A DNA stretch of 64,000 nt from a virus (IMGVR_UViG_3300046519_000060:1-64000), one strand, 5' to 3'; counted from the first letter of the stretch, positions 8,414-17,883 are shown. A program made the numbers and translations. The notes: a model not told the origin generated them from the sequence alone.

Positions 8414-9946
8414 ATGACCAAGCAATGTCCGCATTGCGATTCTGCGAAGGTGCAGAGTCGCGGGACCAAAACGAATCAAGCGGGTAGCACACGAAACCGC
8501 TATCAGTGCATGGACTGTGGTAAGTGGTTCAGTACGGTTGTGAGTGAAGTTGTTGAAGCTGCTGTTGACGTTCCGCGATTCAGTTCGCCGTTGCCGAAAG
8601 ACTTTGAAGGGTATAACCGCTTCGTGATTTCGGCAGTGCAGAACGATACGTCTGTGAATCGCGAGTTCCTTGCATCACTGGAACAATATTGTGAGTTCAA
8701 TCGTGCCAAGCTGATCCTTGTGCCGATCACCTACAAGGGCAACGAAGATTCGCAGTTCGCGGTCCAACCGGACCTGTTGGTGACGCAAGACGTGTTGCTC
8801 GCAACCAAGCTTCGTCTGTTGGCCCATGTGCAGATTTCCCCGACCATCGAAACGCCTTTGGCGGGTCTGGACTATCTGAGCAAGGGTAACAGCCTAATCA
8901 TCGCACATCCGCAACTTCAAATGCGGACGATTGCGACGCTGGACAATTCACCCGCACAACTTCATACAACTGGCGCGATCACGTATGCCAACTATGCACA
9001 GACGAAAACAGGCGAGAAAGCCCGGTTCAACCATTCACTTTCTGCCCTTATCGTTGAGAAAGACGATAATCAGTTCTACTGTCGTGTCCTTAATTGCGAC
9101 GACGATAACGGATTCTATGACCTCGACCTCTACTATGGACCGACCGGCGTACATCGTGCGGGTCAAGTAGAAGCCCTCATTACGGGCGATGAACACGCAA
9201 TGTTCACTGACCCACTGGTGAAGGAAGCGACGTACACCGGCGAACACTCGCTGGCTAACGTGCTGCGTCCAAAGAAGATCGTGCGGCATGACGTGCTGGA
9301 CTTCTTCACTGGTTCGCATCACCATCAGCATAGTTTCCTGTTGCAGTACGCGAAGCACAAGACCAAGACGAACGTCATCGAAGATGAACTGTCGTTGACG
9401 TTGAAGTACATCGCAGAGACGACGCCTTCGTATGCTGAGAACATCATGGTCGCATCGAACCACGTTGAGCATATGAACAAGTGGCTGGATACGATTGACC
9501 CGAAAGATGAAGTATGGAATGCCAAGCTGTACTACCGGATGATGTACCTGATGTTGGAACACATCGACCGGAACCCGATGGATATTCCGAACGCCTTCCA
9601 ACTTTGGGTAGCGACGACATCGCACGCGTTTGATGTACCGAAGCTTCGCTGGCTTGGCCGGAACGAACAGTACAAGATTCATGGCATCGAACTGTCGAAT
9701 CACGGTGACATGGGTATCAACGGTGCGCGTGGATCGCCCGCACAGTTCTCACGTCTGCCTGACAAGATGGTTGTAGGCCACTCGCATAGCCCGAGCATCA
9801 TGAAGGGCTGCTACACGGTTGGCACATCGACCGGGCGACTGGAATACACGAAGGGTCCGAGTAGTTGGGCGAACAGCCATGTCATCATCTACCCGAATGG
9901 GAAACGTCAGATGGTGACGATCATCAACGGGAAATATCGTCTGTGA
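8414..9946 (+). CDS. zinc-ribbon protein with C-terminal metallophosphoesterase-like motifs
   Basis: N-terminal CPHCDS...RYQCMDCGKWF zinc ribbon (InsA-like); downstream GDEH, SNHVEH, GHSH motifs in phosphoesterase order. Confidence 0.5.
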   Translation: MTKQCPHCDSAKVQSRGTKTNQAGSTRNRYQCMDCGKWFSTVVSEVVEAAVDVPRFSSPLPKDFEGYNRFVISAVQNDTSVNREFLASLEQYCEFNRAKLILVPITYKGNEDSQFAVQPDLLVTQDVLLATKLRLLAHVQISPTIETPLAGLDYLSKGNSLIIAHPQLQMRTIATLDNSPAQLHTTGAITYANYAQTKTGEKARFNHSLSALIVEKDDNQFYCRVLNCDDDNGFYDLDLYYGPTGVHRAGQVEALITGDEHAMFTDPLVKEATYTGEHSLANVLRPKKIVRHDVLDFFTGSHHHQHSFLLQYAKHKTKTNVIEDELSLTLKYIAETTPSYAENIMVASNHVEHMNKWLDTIDPKDEVWNAKLYYRMMYLMLEHIDRNPMDIPNAFQLWVATTSHAFDVPKLRWLGRNEQYKIHGIELSNHGDMGINGARGSPAQFSRLPDKMVVGHSHSPSIMKGCYTVGTSTGRLEYTKGPSSWANSHVIIYPNGKRQMVTIINGKYRL

Positions 9947-10665
9947 CCAAAATCCAAACCCTATCCGAATGGAAAACGGGTTTGGCGTACCACGCTACGC
10001 TGAACCCGGACCTGTGGAAGCATGACACGTTACTTCCTGACGTGAAGGCGGCGCTTGACAAGATCGCTGCCGACTTCATCAACTTCACCGGTATCGACCG
10101 GTCCAAGATCACGGACATCGTGATTACGGGTTCGAATTGCAACTACAACTATTCGTTCCTGTCGGACATCGATCTACATGTGGTTGCTGAGTACGATGAA
10201 GGTCACAAGAACGAAGCGGGCATTGGTGTTCAGGATGCCTTCAATGCGTTCAAGAACCTATACAACGCGTCGCATCACATCAGGGTCAAAGGTGTGCCGA
10301 TTGAAGTCTACGTGCAACCGACGAGCGAACACTTCACGTCCAATGCTGGCGTGTTCTCGTTGAAGTCGATGAAGTGGATTCAACACCCGGTCAAGGTGCA
10401 TGTTGATCTGGACGAACGGGAAATAAAGCGCAAGGCTGATCCCGTCATCCGTGATATTGACGCCATCGTAGACGGCAGAGTGACAGACCCGGCAAAGATT
10501 CATGCCGTGAAAGCGAAGATTCGACAGCTACGTGCTGCCGGGTTGGAAGCTGGTGGTGAGTTCGGCATCGAGAACTTGGCATTCAAGGCCATCCGAAATG
10601 CAGGATTCCTCGATAAGCTGTCCAAGTACTCCGACGCCTTGAACGATACTACGCTGTCTCTGTAG
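9943..10665 (+). CDS. nucleotidyltransferase (Pol-beta superfamily, MNT-like) domain protein
   Basis: GSNCNYNYSFLSDIDLHV fits GS-x9-13-(D/E)hDh motif; GTG start overlapping upstream stop (GTGA). Confidence 0.5.
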   Translation: MTKIQTLSEWKTGLAYHATLNPDLWKHDTLLPDVKAALDKIAADFINFTGIDRSKITDIVITGSNCNYNYSFLSDIDLHVVAEYDEGHKNEAGIGVQDAFNAFKNLYNASHHIRVKGVPIEVYVQPTSEHFTSNAGVFSLKSMKWIQHPVKVHVDLDEREIKRKADPVIRDIDAIVDGRVTDPAKIHAVKAKIRQLRAAGLEAGGEFGIENLAFKAIRNAGFLDKLSKYSDALNDTTLSL

Positions 10666-11176
10666 CTTTGTTGAGAACGTCTTGCTTGTGACCGAGATAC
10701 TTCACAGGCACATGATGACTGTTGAGGATCACGGTCATACTACCGTTTGTATATCCGTGGTAGCCGTGGTCAAGTACAGCGCGTTCGAAGTCGTTGTGTT
10801 CTTCTTCGCCGTTGTACTTGTGTTGTCCCGCTGTCTTGCTGATCGCAGCACGTTCGTCTGGATGTGCCGTAGCAGGATCGTAAATTCCATGCAGCGTTGC
10901 GCTATGCACATGCTGACCCAGACCGCCTTCATGCACAGGCGGCAACGGACCATGTTCTTCGGGTTTGTGGTTGTAGAAGTAGACCCGTTTCTTGATCCGT
11001 TCATCTTTGGTCCATTGAAGGCGCTTGCCTTCGGCACCCTTAATCCCCGTCCCCGAAAAACGACCGTCCAGATGGTCAAGTCCCGGCTTATTCGAGTAAT
11101 GAATGCCGTGGACGGTCACGCCTTTTGCTGGCGCAGCTTCCTCGCGTTCCGCAAGGAATCTTTTGAATGAGTGCAT
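10649..11176 (-). CDS. His-rich hypothetical protein (paralog of 29955 and 36570 products)
   Basis: minus-strand ORF trimmed to ATG 11176 with gggga RBS; longer form would overlap plus gene 11241. Confidence 0.45.
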   Translation of the reverse strand: MHSFKRFLAEREEAAPAKGVTVHGIHYSNKPGLDHLDGRFSGTGIKGAEGKRLQWTKDERIKKRVYFYNHKPEEHGPLPPVHEGGLGQHVHSATLHGIYDPATAHPDERAAISKTAGQHKYNGEEEHNDFERAVLDHGYHGYTNGSMTVILNSHHVPVKYLGHKQDVLNKATETA

Positions 11177-11205
11177 TGACAAATCCCCAAATTTGATGGT
11201 AATAT
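11176..11205 (+). promoter_or_regulatory. sigma70-like early promoter (TTGACA-18-TAATAT)
   Basis: ttgacaaatccccaaatttgatggtaatat. Confidence 0.5.
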
Positions 11206-11240
11206 TTAGACCTCTACCAACAACTTCGGGAGTTTGTGAA

Positions 11241-11519
11241 ATGAAACAGTACCTTATCTCTGCTTCCGGCAATGACCGCATCGGCCAAACCAACACCTAC
11301 GCGAGCGTCATCGAGAACGATGCGCCGAAGGGTTCGGTCACGCTGGTTATCTCGACCACGTACAGCAAGTCCCGCTTCCCGGATTCGCACCAAGTCAAGC
11401 AGACGATCCACTTCGCGTCGAAGGCTGATCTGGCTAATTACGCCCGATTCCTGCTCGATTCTGTTGGCGCGTTGCAGAAAATTCTGCCGCTAGGCGAACT
11501 TCTCGCAGATGCAAGTTGA
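11241..11519 (+). CDS. hypothetical protein
   Basis: ATG at 11241 with gggag RBS; track ORF 11103 trimmed. Confidence 0.5.
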   Translation: MKQYLISASGNDRIGQTNTYASVIENDAPKGSVTLVISTTYSKSRFPDSHQVKQTIHFASKADLANYARFLLDSVGALQKILPLGELLADAS

Positions 11520-11572
11520 AGTAGTTTGTTAAAGTGTGGTAAGAAACAAACTTCTGTCAAAAGGAACCTCTC

Positions 11573-11776
11573 ATGACCATCAAGACCGTTGGCGATCTGA
11601 TCGATGAACTGTCGAAGTACGACCGCGCGAAGCCGGTCAAGGTACAGGATCGATCCATCCCGATCATTGCGCTGGCCGTCACGGACGTAGGCGAAGACGT
11701 GTTCGCGGGCAAGGAAGGCGACGTGGACATCATCCTGATCCACGTTCAGCAAGACCTCGCCGCACCACAAGATTGA
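11573..11776 (+). CDS. hypothetical protein
   Basis: 67 aa; RBS aaaggaacc. Confidence 0.45.
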   Translation: MTIKTVGDLIDELSKYDRAKPVKVQDRSIPIIALAVTDVGEDVFAGKEGDVDIILIHVQQDLAAPQD

Positions 11777-11873
11777 ACACGCTGTTCGACGTATTTGTAA
11801 TTGCCGCGATTGTCATTACCGGGTGGTTGGTCGCAATCGCGGCGTTTTCCTACAAAACAAGAAAGGAAGAAAA

Positions 11874-12338
11874 ATGAAAAAAGGCGAAATGCTTTCGAAG
11901 ATGTTGCTTCTCGTCACTCAACGCTTCGATGGGAAGTTCGACAAGTCCGGGAATCCATATGTACTGCACTTGCTGAAAGTGATGCACTACACCAAGTCCG
12001 ACGACGAAGAACTACAGTGCATCGCTCTAGGACATGATCTGGTTGAAGATACGCCGACGACCTACGCGGAACTGTACGAACTAGGCTTCACGGAACGGGT
12101 CATCACCGGTATCCGCAACATGACCAAGGTTCCCGGTGAGACGGAGCAAGACTATCTGGACCGCCTGATGTCGGCCAAGGACTCGATCATCGTCAAGCTG
12201 GCAGACCTTCGCCACAACAGCGACATCCGCCGCCTGAAAGGTCTGGCAGAGAAGGACTTCGCGCGGATGCAGAAGTACCATCGCATGTACCTGACGCTGA
12301 CTGAGCGCCTTCAAGACGAATACGAAATCGCGGGGTAA
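11874..12338 (+). CDS. (p)ppGpp hydrolase, SpoT/Mesh1-type HD domain (small alarmone hydrolase)
   Basis: HLLKV...QCIALGHDLVEDT...IVKLADLRHN matches RelA/SpoT HD hydrolase motifs (HD...ED...LADRLHN); RBS aggaagaaaaATG. Confidence 0.7.
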   Translation: MKKGEMLSKMLLLVTQRFDGKFDKSGNPYVLHLLKVMHYTKSDDEELQCIALGHDLVEDTPTTYAELYELGFTERVITGIRNMTKVPGETEQDYLDRLMSAKDSIIVKLADLRHNSDIRRLKGLAEKDFARMQKYHRMYLTLTERLQDEYEIAG

Positions 12339-12340
12339 TC

Positions 12341-12544
12341 ATGGCTAATGCGTTCCAACCTGTCTTGGCCGACCACGCCGACATCATGACCGCCGAAGCG
12401 TGGCACGAATGCGTTGAATGCGGTGCATTCATCCCGTCCGATGGTACTGGCTACTGGATGCGTGGCGAAAAGCTGGAATCCGACATCGATAGCTTCGATC
12501 CTCAACCCGATTGGGCTACGCACGTTGCTTGGTACAACAAATAA
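12341..12544 (+). CDS. hypothetical protein
   Basis: 67 aa; 2 nt after upstream stop. Confidence 0.45.
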   Translation: MANAFQPVLADHADIMTAEAWHECVECGAFIPSDGTGYWMRGEKLESDIDSFDPQPDWATHVAWYNK

Positions 12545-12547
12545 CGG

Positions 12548-12575
12548 TTGACACGAATTCCCAAACCTGTATAAT
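12548..12575 (+). promoter_or_regulatory. sigma70-like early promoter with conserved spacer GAATTCCCAAACCTG
   Basis: ttgacacgaattcccaaacctgtataat. Confidence 0.6.
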
Positions 12576-12613
12576 CCTTTCCATCGCAGCACAAACCGAA
12601 CAGGAGAAAACAA

Positions 12614-12984
12614 TGGGACTTCGAATCAGCGTTTACCGCGATGCCTCGCACGATTACGACTGCACCAACAACGGCGTGTCGCGCCAGTTCAACAAGCTGA
12701 CGGTCATGAACATCGACGGCCCGTTCGACCCGAGCGACGACGCACCGGCAGTCCTTCTCGATTCGCACTATCCGGGCTGTCTGCGCCTGATCCCGGCCCT
12801 GAAAACGGCTCTCGGATGGGTTCCCTACACCGATCCCGCGATGTTCGGTGGAAATCTGGGGTACACGTCCGACAGCCGTTTCCCGGAAGCGTGCGAAAAG
12901 CTTCTCGGACATACCTTCTACGGCGCGGTCAAGATTCACGACCGCTTCGAAACCCAACAACAAACGGACTACCTCTCGCGATGA
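12614..12984 (+). CDS. hypothetical protein
   Basis: ATG after aacaggagaaaacaATG. Confidence 0.5.
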
Positions 12985-13253
12985 CAACATCCCACAATGC
13001 GATGACAGCATCCCATAACGAAAAATTCGCGGCATACTGCCGCAAAATCGCAGAACAGCGCCGCCTAGATGCTGGCTACAGCGGAAGCTACGATGACGGC
13101 GGCGCGCGGATGCTGGAAGAAAAGGTCGAAGCTTGGGAAGCTGGCCTGAACGGGACGATTCCGAAGTGCATCAGCAATCTGCACAAGGAATTCAGCAAGA
13201 CAATCGATCCCGAGTATCAGAAGTATCTCGAACTGAAAAAGCGGTTTGAGTAG
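12981..13253 (+). CDS. hypothetical protein
   Basis: ATGA overlap with upstream gene; track ORF 12816 trimmed. Confidence 0.4.
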   Translation: MTTSHNAMTASHNEKFAAYCRKIAEQRRLDAGYSGSYDDGGARMLEEKVEAWEAGLNGTIPKCISNLHKEFSKTIDPEYQKYLELKKRFE

Positions 13254-13263
13254 TTGACAGACA

Positions 13264-13292
13264 TTCCCGCGTTTGGTAATATTCTTCTTATA
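13264..13292 (+). promoter_or_regulatory. sigma70-like early promoter with inverted repeat (PeSL-like)
   Basis: ttgacagacattcccgcgtttggtaatat followed by ccaaacgcgggaa, the complement of ttcccgcgtttgg. Confidence 0.55.
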
Positions 13293-13322
13293 CCAAACGC
13301 GGGAACAAACAGGAGAGAAACA

Positions 13323-13635
13323 TATGGGAATCAGCATCAAGTCGAAGTACGCACTGGAAGTCTATGAAACTCGCATGGTCGATGGTAAGCCGCGTAGCGT
13401 GCTGGCCTTCGAAGGTGCAACGTGGGATACCAAGCGTCACGGTCGCCCGGACACCAAGAACCTCGAAAAGTACGTGATGGCTTATGGTAAGTCGCTGGAA
13501 AAGGGCGGTTCGAACTTCCACATCACGGAAGCCAAGGGCTACGTCTCGTATCCGAATCGTGCGGTGATCCGATTCAATCACTCGAACGGCGCAACCGTCG
13601 CATCGTGGCAAGCGCCGCCGTTCATGGTGTGGTAA
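13323..13635 (+). CDS. hypothetical protein
   Basis: ATG after aacaggagagaaacatATG. Confidence 0.5.
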
Positions 13636-13645
13636 GGGGAACGCG

Positions 13646-13903
13646 ATGGCAAAGAAGAAACCATACTTCCACTCATGTGTGACCGTTCGACGGATGTTGG
13701 TCACGCAAGGTAAACTAGACATCAACACTGGCGAGACGACGACCGAATCCGCCGAATGGGTCACTCGCGAATGTGGAATCCCGCTGTTTGGTGAGAAGGA
13801 ACAGCAGTCGGGCGTGTGCAAGTCATGTTCGGATGGCTGGACACATCCATTGAACTTTCCGGTACGTGAAAATGCCCCACAACAAGGACTGGACTTTGCT
13901 TGA
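13646..13903 (+). CDS. hypothetical Cys-containing protein
   Basis: 85 aa; RBS aagggga. Confidence 0.45.
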   Translation: MAKKKPYFHSCVTVRRMLVTQGKLDINTGETTTESAEWVTRECGIPLFGEKEQQSGVCKSCSDGWTHPLNFPVRENAPQQGLDFA

Positions 13904-14006
13904 AGCGTTTATCGCGCTGACTCTGATAGTCGGCATCTACGTGTTCTTCTCGCTGAGAAACGCGTGGCGTTTGGTTGAATCGGACAAATGGGAGATTAAG
14001 GAATGA
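13872..14006 (+). CDS. small membrane peptide (44 aa)
   Basis: hydrophobic core LLEAFIALTLIVGIYVFFSL; overlaps neighbours by ATGA. Confidence 0.3.
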   Translation: MPHNKDWTLLEAFIALTLIVGIYVFFSLRNAWRLVESDKWEIKE

Positions 14007-14254
14007 CGACACGACACATCGGCCCGCACGATGAACTACCAGTTGGAACAAAGGTCCGGGTCGGTAACAAGTTCGGAAAGGTCGTGCAAGCAGTGCTGAA
14101 AGACGCGATTCCCTCTGGAACCATCATGGTGCATACCATCGAATTCACCGAAGGGGTCAAGCGTGGTGTGGGTAGACGGACCTCGAAGCCGATACCACTG
14201 CGCAAGCCGTACACATCGACGGTGAATTACTCGTTCATCCAAGTCATCGAATAA
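14003..14254 (+). CDS. hypothetical protein
   Basis: 83 aa; RBS ttaaggaATG. Confidence 0.45.
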   Translation: MTTRHIGPHDELPVGTKVRVGNKFGKVVQAVLKDAIPSGTIMVHTIEFTEGVKRGVGRRTSKPIPLRKPYTSTVNYSFIQVIE

Positions 14255-14260
14255 ACATCA

Positions 14261-14289
14261 GGGGTTCCGCGATACCGCCACGGAACCCC
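14261..14289 (+). terminator. weak hairpin terminator
   Basis: ggggttccg cgataccgcca cggaacccc; poor T-run. Confidence 0.35.
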
Positions 14290-14335
14290 GTTAAAACGAA
14301 TTAGCGGGCTTCTGAGGGGTATCTTGCTTATCCGA

Positions 14336-14515
14336 ATGGCATTGCTGCTGGCCTGTAGTGCTGGCGCGTTGTACGCCTTCCTGTCATGTTTCAAGCACAT
14401 CGACGGTAAGGCTTGGGGACTTTTCTTCCGTACCACAATCAAGCTTCTCGTCTGTACCGTCTTTGGCGGTCTGGTTGTAGTCGCTGCACAAATGATTTCG
14501 CAACTCACAAACTAA
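14336..14515 (+). CDS. small two-helix membrane protein
   Basis: MALLLACSAGALYAFLSCF and LLVCTVFGGLVVVAAQMI hydrophobic segments. Confidence 0.4.
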   Translation: MALLLACSAGALYAFLSCFKHIDGKAWGLFFRTTIKLLVCTVFGGLVVVAAQMISQLTN

Positions 14516-14525
14516 GGTTCAATAC

Positions 14526-15323
14526 ATGAAAACCATTAAAATCGTGCTTCTTTCGTTGGTAGTCCTCATGATGGCCGCGTGCGGTCGAATTGATACGGGT
14601 CACACTGGCGTCCGCACAAGCTGGAACAAGCAAGTACAACAAGAAGTCGTGCATCCGGGCGCTTACCTTGCGGTGACTGACTCGGTGCAACAGTACGTGA
14701 CCAACGAAGTCACGTTCATCGTGAAGAACCTTCAACCGCAAACTGCGGACAAGACGTACCTGAAAGACCTCGATTTCACGTACACGTATCAAGTCGATGC
14801 GAATGATCTTCCGAATCTGGTGACAACGTTCAAGAATCGAACGCTGGTTAATGGCGACGACTATTATCCGATGGGTTCCTACGTCGATACTCAGATTCGT
14901 GCAGCGGCATATGCGGCAGTCTCGAAATTCAACGCGATGGAAGCGAATTCGCACCGTACCGACATCGAGAGTGACATCAAGCAAATCGTTGCAGCCAAGT
15001 TCGCGGAAGAAGGTCTGGACAAGACGATCCACGTCAAGCAAGTGACGGTGAACAACGTCGAAGTCGATCCGAAGCTTCAAGAAGCCGTGGTTCGTCAGTT
15101 GAACGCAGTCATCGACAACAAGACGAAAGATACCGAAATCGACACGGCGAAGAAAGAAGCGAGTCGTATGGAACAGTTGACGAATAACGCCAACAACACC
15201 GGCTACATCGCGCTGCTGAACGCACAGGCCAACATGAAGATCGCAGAAGGCATCGCCAATGGCCGCGTGAACACCATCGTCGTGCCGACCGACTTCAAGG
15301 GCATCGTGAACACGGCGAAGTAA
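14526..15323 (+). CDS. lipoprotein, possibly SPFH/band-7-like
   Basis: signal/lipobox LMMAAC at N-terminus; 265 aa. Confidence 0.5.
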   Translation: MKTIKIVLLSLVVLMMAACGRIDTGHTGVRTSWNKQVQQEVVHPGAYLAVTDSVQQYVTNEVTFIVKNLQPQTADKTYLKDLDFTYTYQVDANDLPNLVTTFKNRTLVNGDDYYPMGSYVDTQIRAAAYAAVSKFNAMEANSHRTDIESDIKQIVAAKFAEEGLDKTIHVKQVTVNNVEVDPKLQEAVVRQLNAVIDNKTKDTEIDTAKKEASRMEQLTNNANNTGYIALLNAQANMKIAEGIANGRVNTIVVPTDFKGIVNTAK

Positions 15324-15571
15324 TGGCAACGACTGACGACATCCTGTACGGCGATGACAACCTCTGGAAGCTGCGTGGTGCAGAGGCGTCCGAAGTCATC
15401 GCCCAAAAGATCGAAGCGATGAAGCGCCTGTATCAAGAAGTCATCGCCATCGCGGACAACGCCGATCTAAGCGTGCATGTGACGTTCAGCTTCCCGGAAG
15501 GGCTGACGACCGGCCACAACGAATACTTCCGCCCAGAAGTCGCGTGGAACCCTTCTTCGAAATATTGCTGA
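15323..15571 (+). CDS. hypothetical protein
   Basis: TAATG overlap. Confidence 0.45.
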   Translation: MATTDDILYGDDNLWKLRGAEASEVIAQKIEAMKRLYQEVIAIADNADLSVHVTFSFPEGLTTGHNEYFRPEVAWNPSSKYC

Positions 15572-15591
15572 ATTCCCACGTTTGATTTTGC

Positions 15592-15620
15592 TTGACACGA
15601 CTCCCGGATGCGGGTATGAT
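15592..15620 (+). promoter_or_regulatory. sigma70-like early promoter with inverted repeat
   Basis: ttgacacgactcccggatgcgggtatgat; ctcccggatgcg pairs with downstream cgcatccgggag. Confidence 0.55.
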
Positions 15621-15656
15621 TCTTCTCATACCAACAACGCATCCGGGAGTTTTCAC

Positions 15657-16040
15657 ATGAAGAAGATCATTGATGTTCGCGTCGAATCGGACCTGTACGT
15701 TGCTGGCCGTGATGAAGATGGTCAGGAAATCCACGGTCTGTCCTACAAGGTCGTCGCGGAATTCGAAGGTGGTGAAGCCTATCACCACGAACACACGTTC
15801 CCGACCGTGAAGCTGGAAGCGATCTGGTGCGATGCCATCAGCGAAATGGTCCAGTGCAACTCCCTCGATCCTGAATCGCAGAAGGCGAAGGCCGAACGTT
15901 TGTGCGCCCGCGTTCACAAGCACGTCAAGCAAGGTGGTAAGATTGACATGAACCACTGGCAGTTTCATCGGACGATTTACGGTACATCTGCCTACCTCGA
16001 TGAAGTCTCGATGATGTCCGACGAAGAACGTGCGCAGTAA
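15657..16040 (+). CDS. hypothetical protein
   Basis: ATG after cgggagttttcacATG. Confidence 0.5.
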   Translation: MKKIIDVRVESDLYVAGRDEDGQEIHGLSYKVVAEFEGGEAYHHEHTFPTVKLEAIWCDAISEMVQCNSLDPESQKAKAERLCARVHKHVKQGGKIDMNHWQFHRTIYGTSAYLDEVSMMSDEERAQ

Positions 16041-16082
16041 CCATAATTCAAACATCGCAACACCACACGCTACGGGAGCACC

Positions 16083-16292
16083 ATGACGCACAAAATCACC
16101 ATCGAAATCGAGACGGGGAACGACGCCTTCCAAGGTTTCCAAGCGGATGAAGGCTTCGAAGTCGCCCGCATCCTTCGCGAGAAGTCCCATGCCTTCGAGA
16201 ACATGACGGCAAACCTCGAAGATTTGGACGGAACCAAGGTCCACGACATCAACGGCAACCCCGTTGGCAAGATAACGGTGGTCAAGACCTAA
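16083..16292 (+). CDS. hypothetical protein
   Basis: 69 aa; RBS gggag. Confidence 0.45.
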   Translation: MTHKITIEIETGNDAFQGFQADEGFEVARILREKSHAFENMTANLEDLDGTKVHDINGNPVGKITVVKT

Positions 16293-16293
16293 C

Positions 16294-16545
16294 ATGCCAA
16301 CGTTCCGAAAGTGGGGCGAAGAAGTTAAGGCCGTTCTTCCGACACTCGAAAGGGTCGCCACGGAGAACGGCCTTTTTCTGAACGCAGAAGCCGCCTACAA
16401 GCTTCTGGATGAACGGGAGTTCCCTACAGTGTATGCCATGCTCCAAGGCGTCTGTGAGGGTCTATCCATGATCCCTACAGCCCTTGCCGACCATGAACGC
16501 ATCTGTGGACTCCTAGCCCGATACCCGCATGAAGAACACCAATAA
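16294..16545 (+). CDS. hypothetical protein
   Basis: 83 aa, 1-nt spacing from upstream. Confidence 0.45.
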   Translation: MPTFRKWGEEVKAVLPTLERVATENGLFLNAEAAYKLLDEREFPTVYAMLQGVCEGLSMIPTALADHERICGLLARYPHEEHQ

Positions 16546-16756
16546 AAACCGCATCAACCAACCGTTCTTCCACGACAGGGTTCAAGCTGGCCTCTATGAA
16601 TATAGGGGCTGGTTTGTCTGGAAGGATGCCACGCGCAACCTCTGGATCATCGACGGTCCCAAGGGTGGCGCATTCAAATACCTCAAAGAAGCGAAAGAAC
16701 ACATCGACTGGATCATCAAGTATCCGTCGAAGAAACCTCTAGTCAAACCCGAATAA
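16529..16756 (+). CDS. hypothetical protein
   Basis: 75 aa. Confidence 0.4.
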   Translation: MKNTNKNRINQPFFHDRVQAGLYEYRGWFVWKDATRNLWIIDGPKGGAFKYLKEAKEHIDWIIKYPSKKPLVKPE

Positions 16757-17121
16757 TGAACGAAAAAACGAAACTTGGCTTCGTCACGATGTCTGCTGGC
16801 GAAGTGAATCAACTCGCGTCCGAAAAGCTGGCCGCAATCATGGCAACCCGCGAGAAGAAGCGCATCGAGTGGATTGAAGAAGTTAAACAGAAGCCTACCA
16901 AGTGCCGATTCTGGCCGCGCAAGGCGCTGACCGATGATGAAGCTATCGCGACCATCGAAGATAACATGTTCGACGCCCAAAACTACTTCTTCCTGACTCC
17001 CGAATGGGAATCCCCGGTATCTACAGCATTGAAGAATCTTATCACCGCGTCTGAACATCTGCTAGGTGGCGGCAATACGGAAATGATGTTGACGATTGAA
17101 GCAGTAAACATGCTGCTGTAA
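16756..17121 (+). CDS. hypothetical protein
   Basis: 121 aa; TAATG overlap. Confidence 0.45.
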   Translation: MNEKTKLGFVTMSAGEVNQLASEKLAAIMATREKKRIEWIEEVKQKPTKCRFWPRKALTDDEAIATIEDNMFDAQNYFFLTPEWESPVSTALKNLITASEHLLGGGNTEMMLTIEAVNMLL

Positions 17122-17151
17122 CAGTCAACCCCGAATTTGTTTCTAAATGTG

Positions 17152-17179
17152 TTGACAACCACTCCCAGACCTGTATAAT
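17152..17179 (+). promoter_or_regulatory. sigma70-like promoter (first of tandem pair)
   Basis: ttgacaaccactcccagacctgtataat. Confidence 0.55.
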
Positions 17180-17249
17180 CTGTTCTCAGGTTGAGACGCA
17201 AACCCAAACCGGGGTCGAAAGCCTGAGAGAAACAAAGTTGAAAATAGCT

Positions 17250-17277
17250 GTTGACAAGTAAGAACAAATCTGTATAA
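17250..17277 (+). promoter_or_regulatory. sigma70-like promoter (second of tandem pair)
   Basis: ttgacaagtaagaacaaatctgtataat. Confidence 0.55.
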
Positions 17278-17352
17278 TGTGATTCACGGTGAGGCACTAA
17301 GCAGTCCTAACCGCGATAACAAAACCAACCACTTTGAAAAAGGGAATACATC

Positions 17353-17883
17353 ATGAAGAAGATCGCACTCATCGCCGCACTGTTCGCCGCACTCTCGATC
17401 AACGCACAAGCACAACAACCGGTCGTCGGTGGCGGCGCTGTGGTCGGTGGTCTGGTCGTCGGTGGTCAAGCACAGCAATACAGCGGCACGATCAACGGCA
17501 CGGCGCAAAGCGTGTCGAACGGTAACGCGGTCACGTCCGCACAAGTCGGTGGTCAGGGTCAGTCGATCCAGTCGGCGGTCAACACGACCGGTGGTACGGC
17601 AACCATCGGCGGCACGATCAACGCGAACGGCGCGACCATCGGTTCGAACACCACGCAGTTCAGCAATTCGCAAGTCACCGGCAACGTGTCGGGCAATGCG
17701 CCGACGACCGAAGGCAACAGCATCGTCAACGGTGGTTCGGCATTCGGTAACACCACGACGACCGCTGGCGTCAACAGCACGTTCGGCGCAACGCAAGTCG
17801 GCGGTTCGGCTGCAATCGGCGGCGCTGCTGGCATCGGTGGTGTCGGCGCAATCGGTGGTCCGGTCCACGCAATCGGCCTGTAA
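17353..17883 (+). CDS. secreted Gly/Thr/Asn-rich low-complexity protein
   Basis: signal peptide MKKIALIAALFAALSINAQA; GG/TxG repeats; RBS aaaagggaa. Confidence 0.5.
   Translation: MKKIALIAALFAALSINAQAQQPVVGGGAVVGGLVVGGQAQQYSGTINGTAQSVSNGNAVTSAQVGGQGQSIQSAVNTTGGTATIGGTINANGATIGSNTTQFSNSQVTGNVSGNAPTTEGNSIVNGGSAFGNTTTTAGVNSTFGATQVGGSAAIGGAAGIGGVGAIGGPVHAIGL

Noticed and set aside
8414-8560. IS1 InsA-like zinc ribbon as evidence for an insertion sequence
   Set aside because: The remaining 460 aa are not transposase-like and no inverted repeats or target duplications are visible; treated as a zinc-ribbon domain only.
14324-14515. TTG start for the small membrane ORF at 14324
   Set aside because: An in-frame ATG at 14336 gives a more conventional start; TTG kept only where no ATG alternative exists (18796, 33114).
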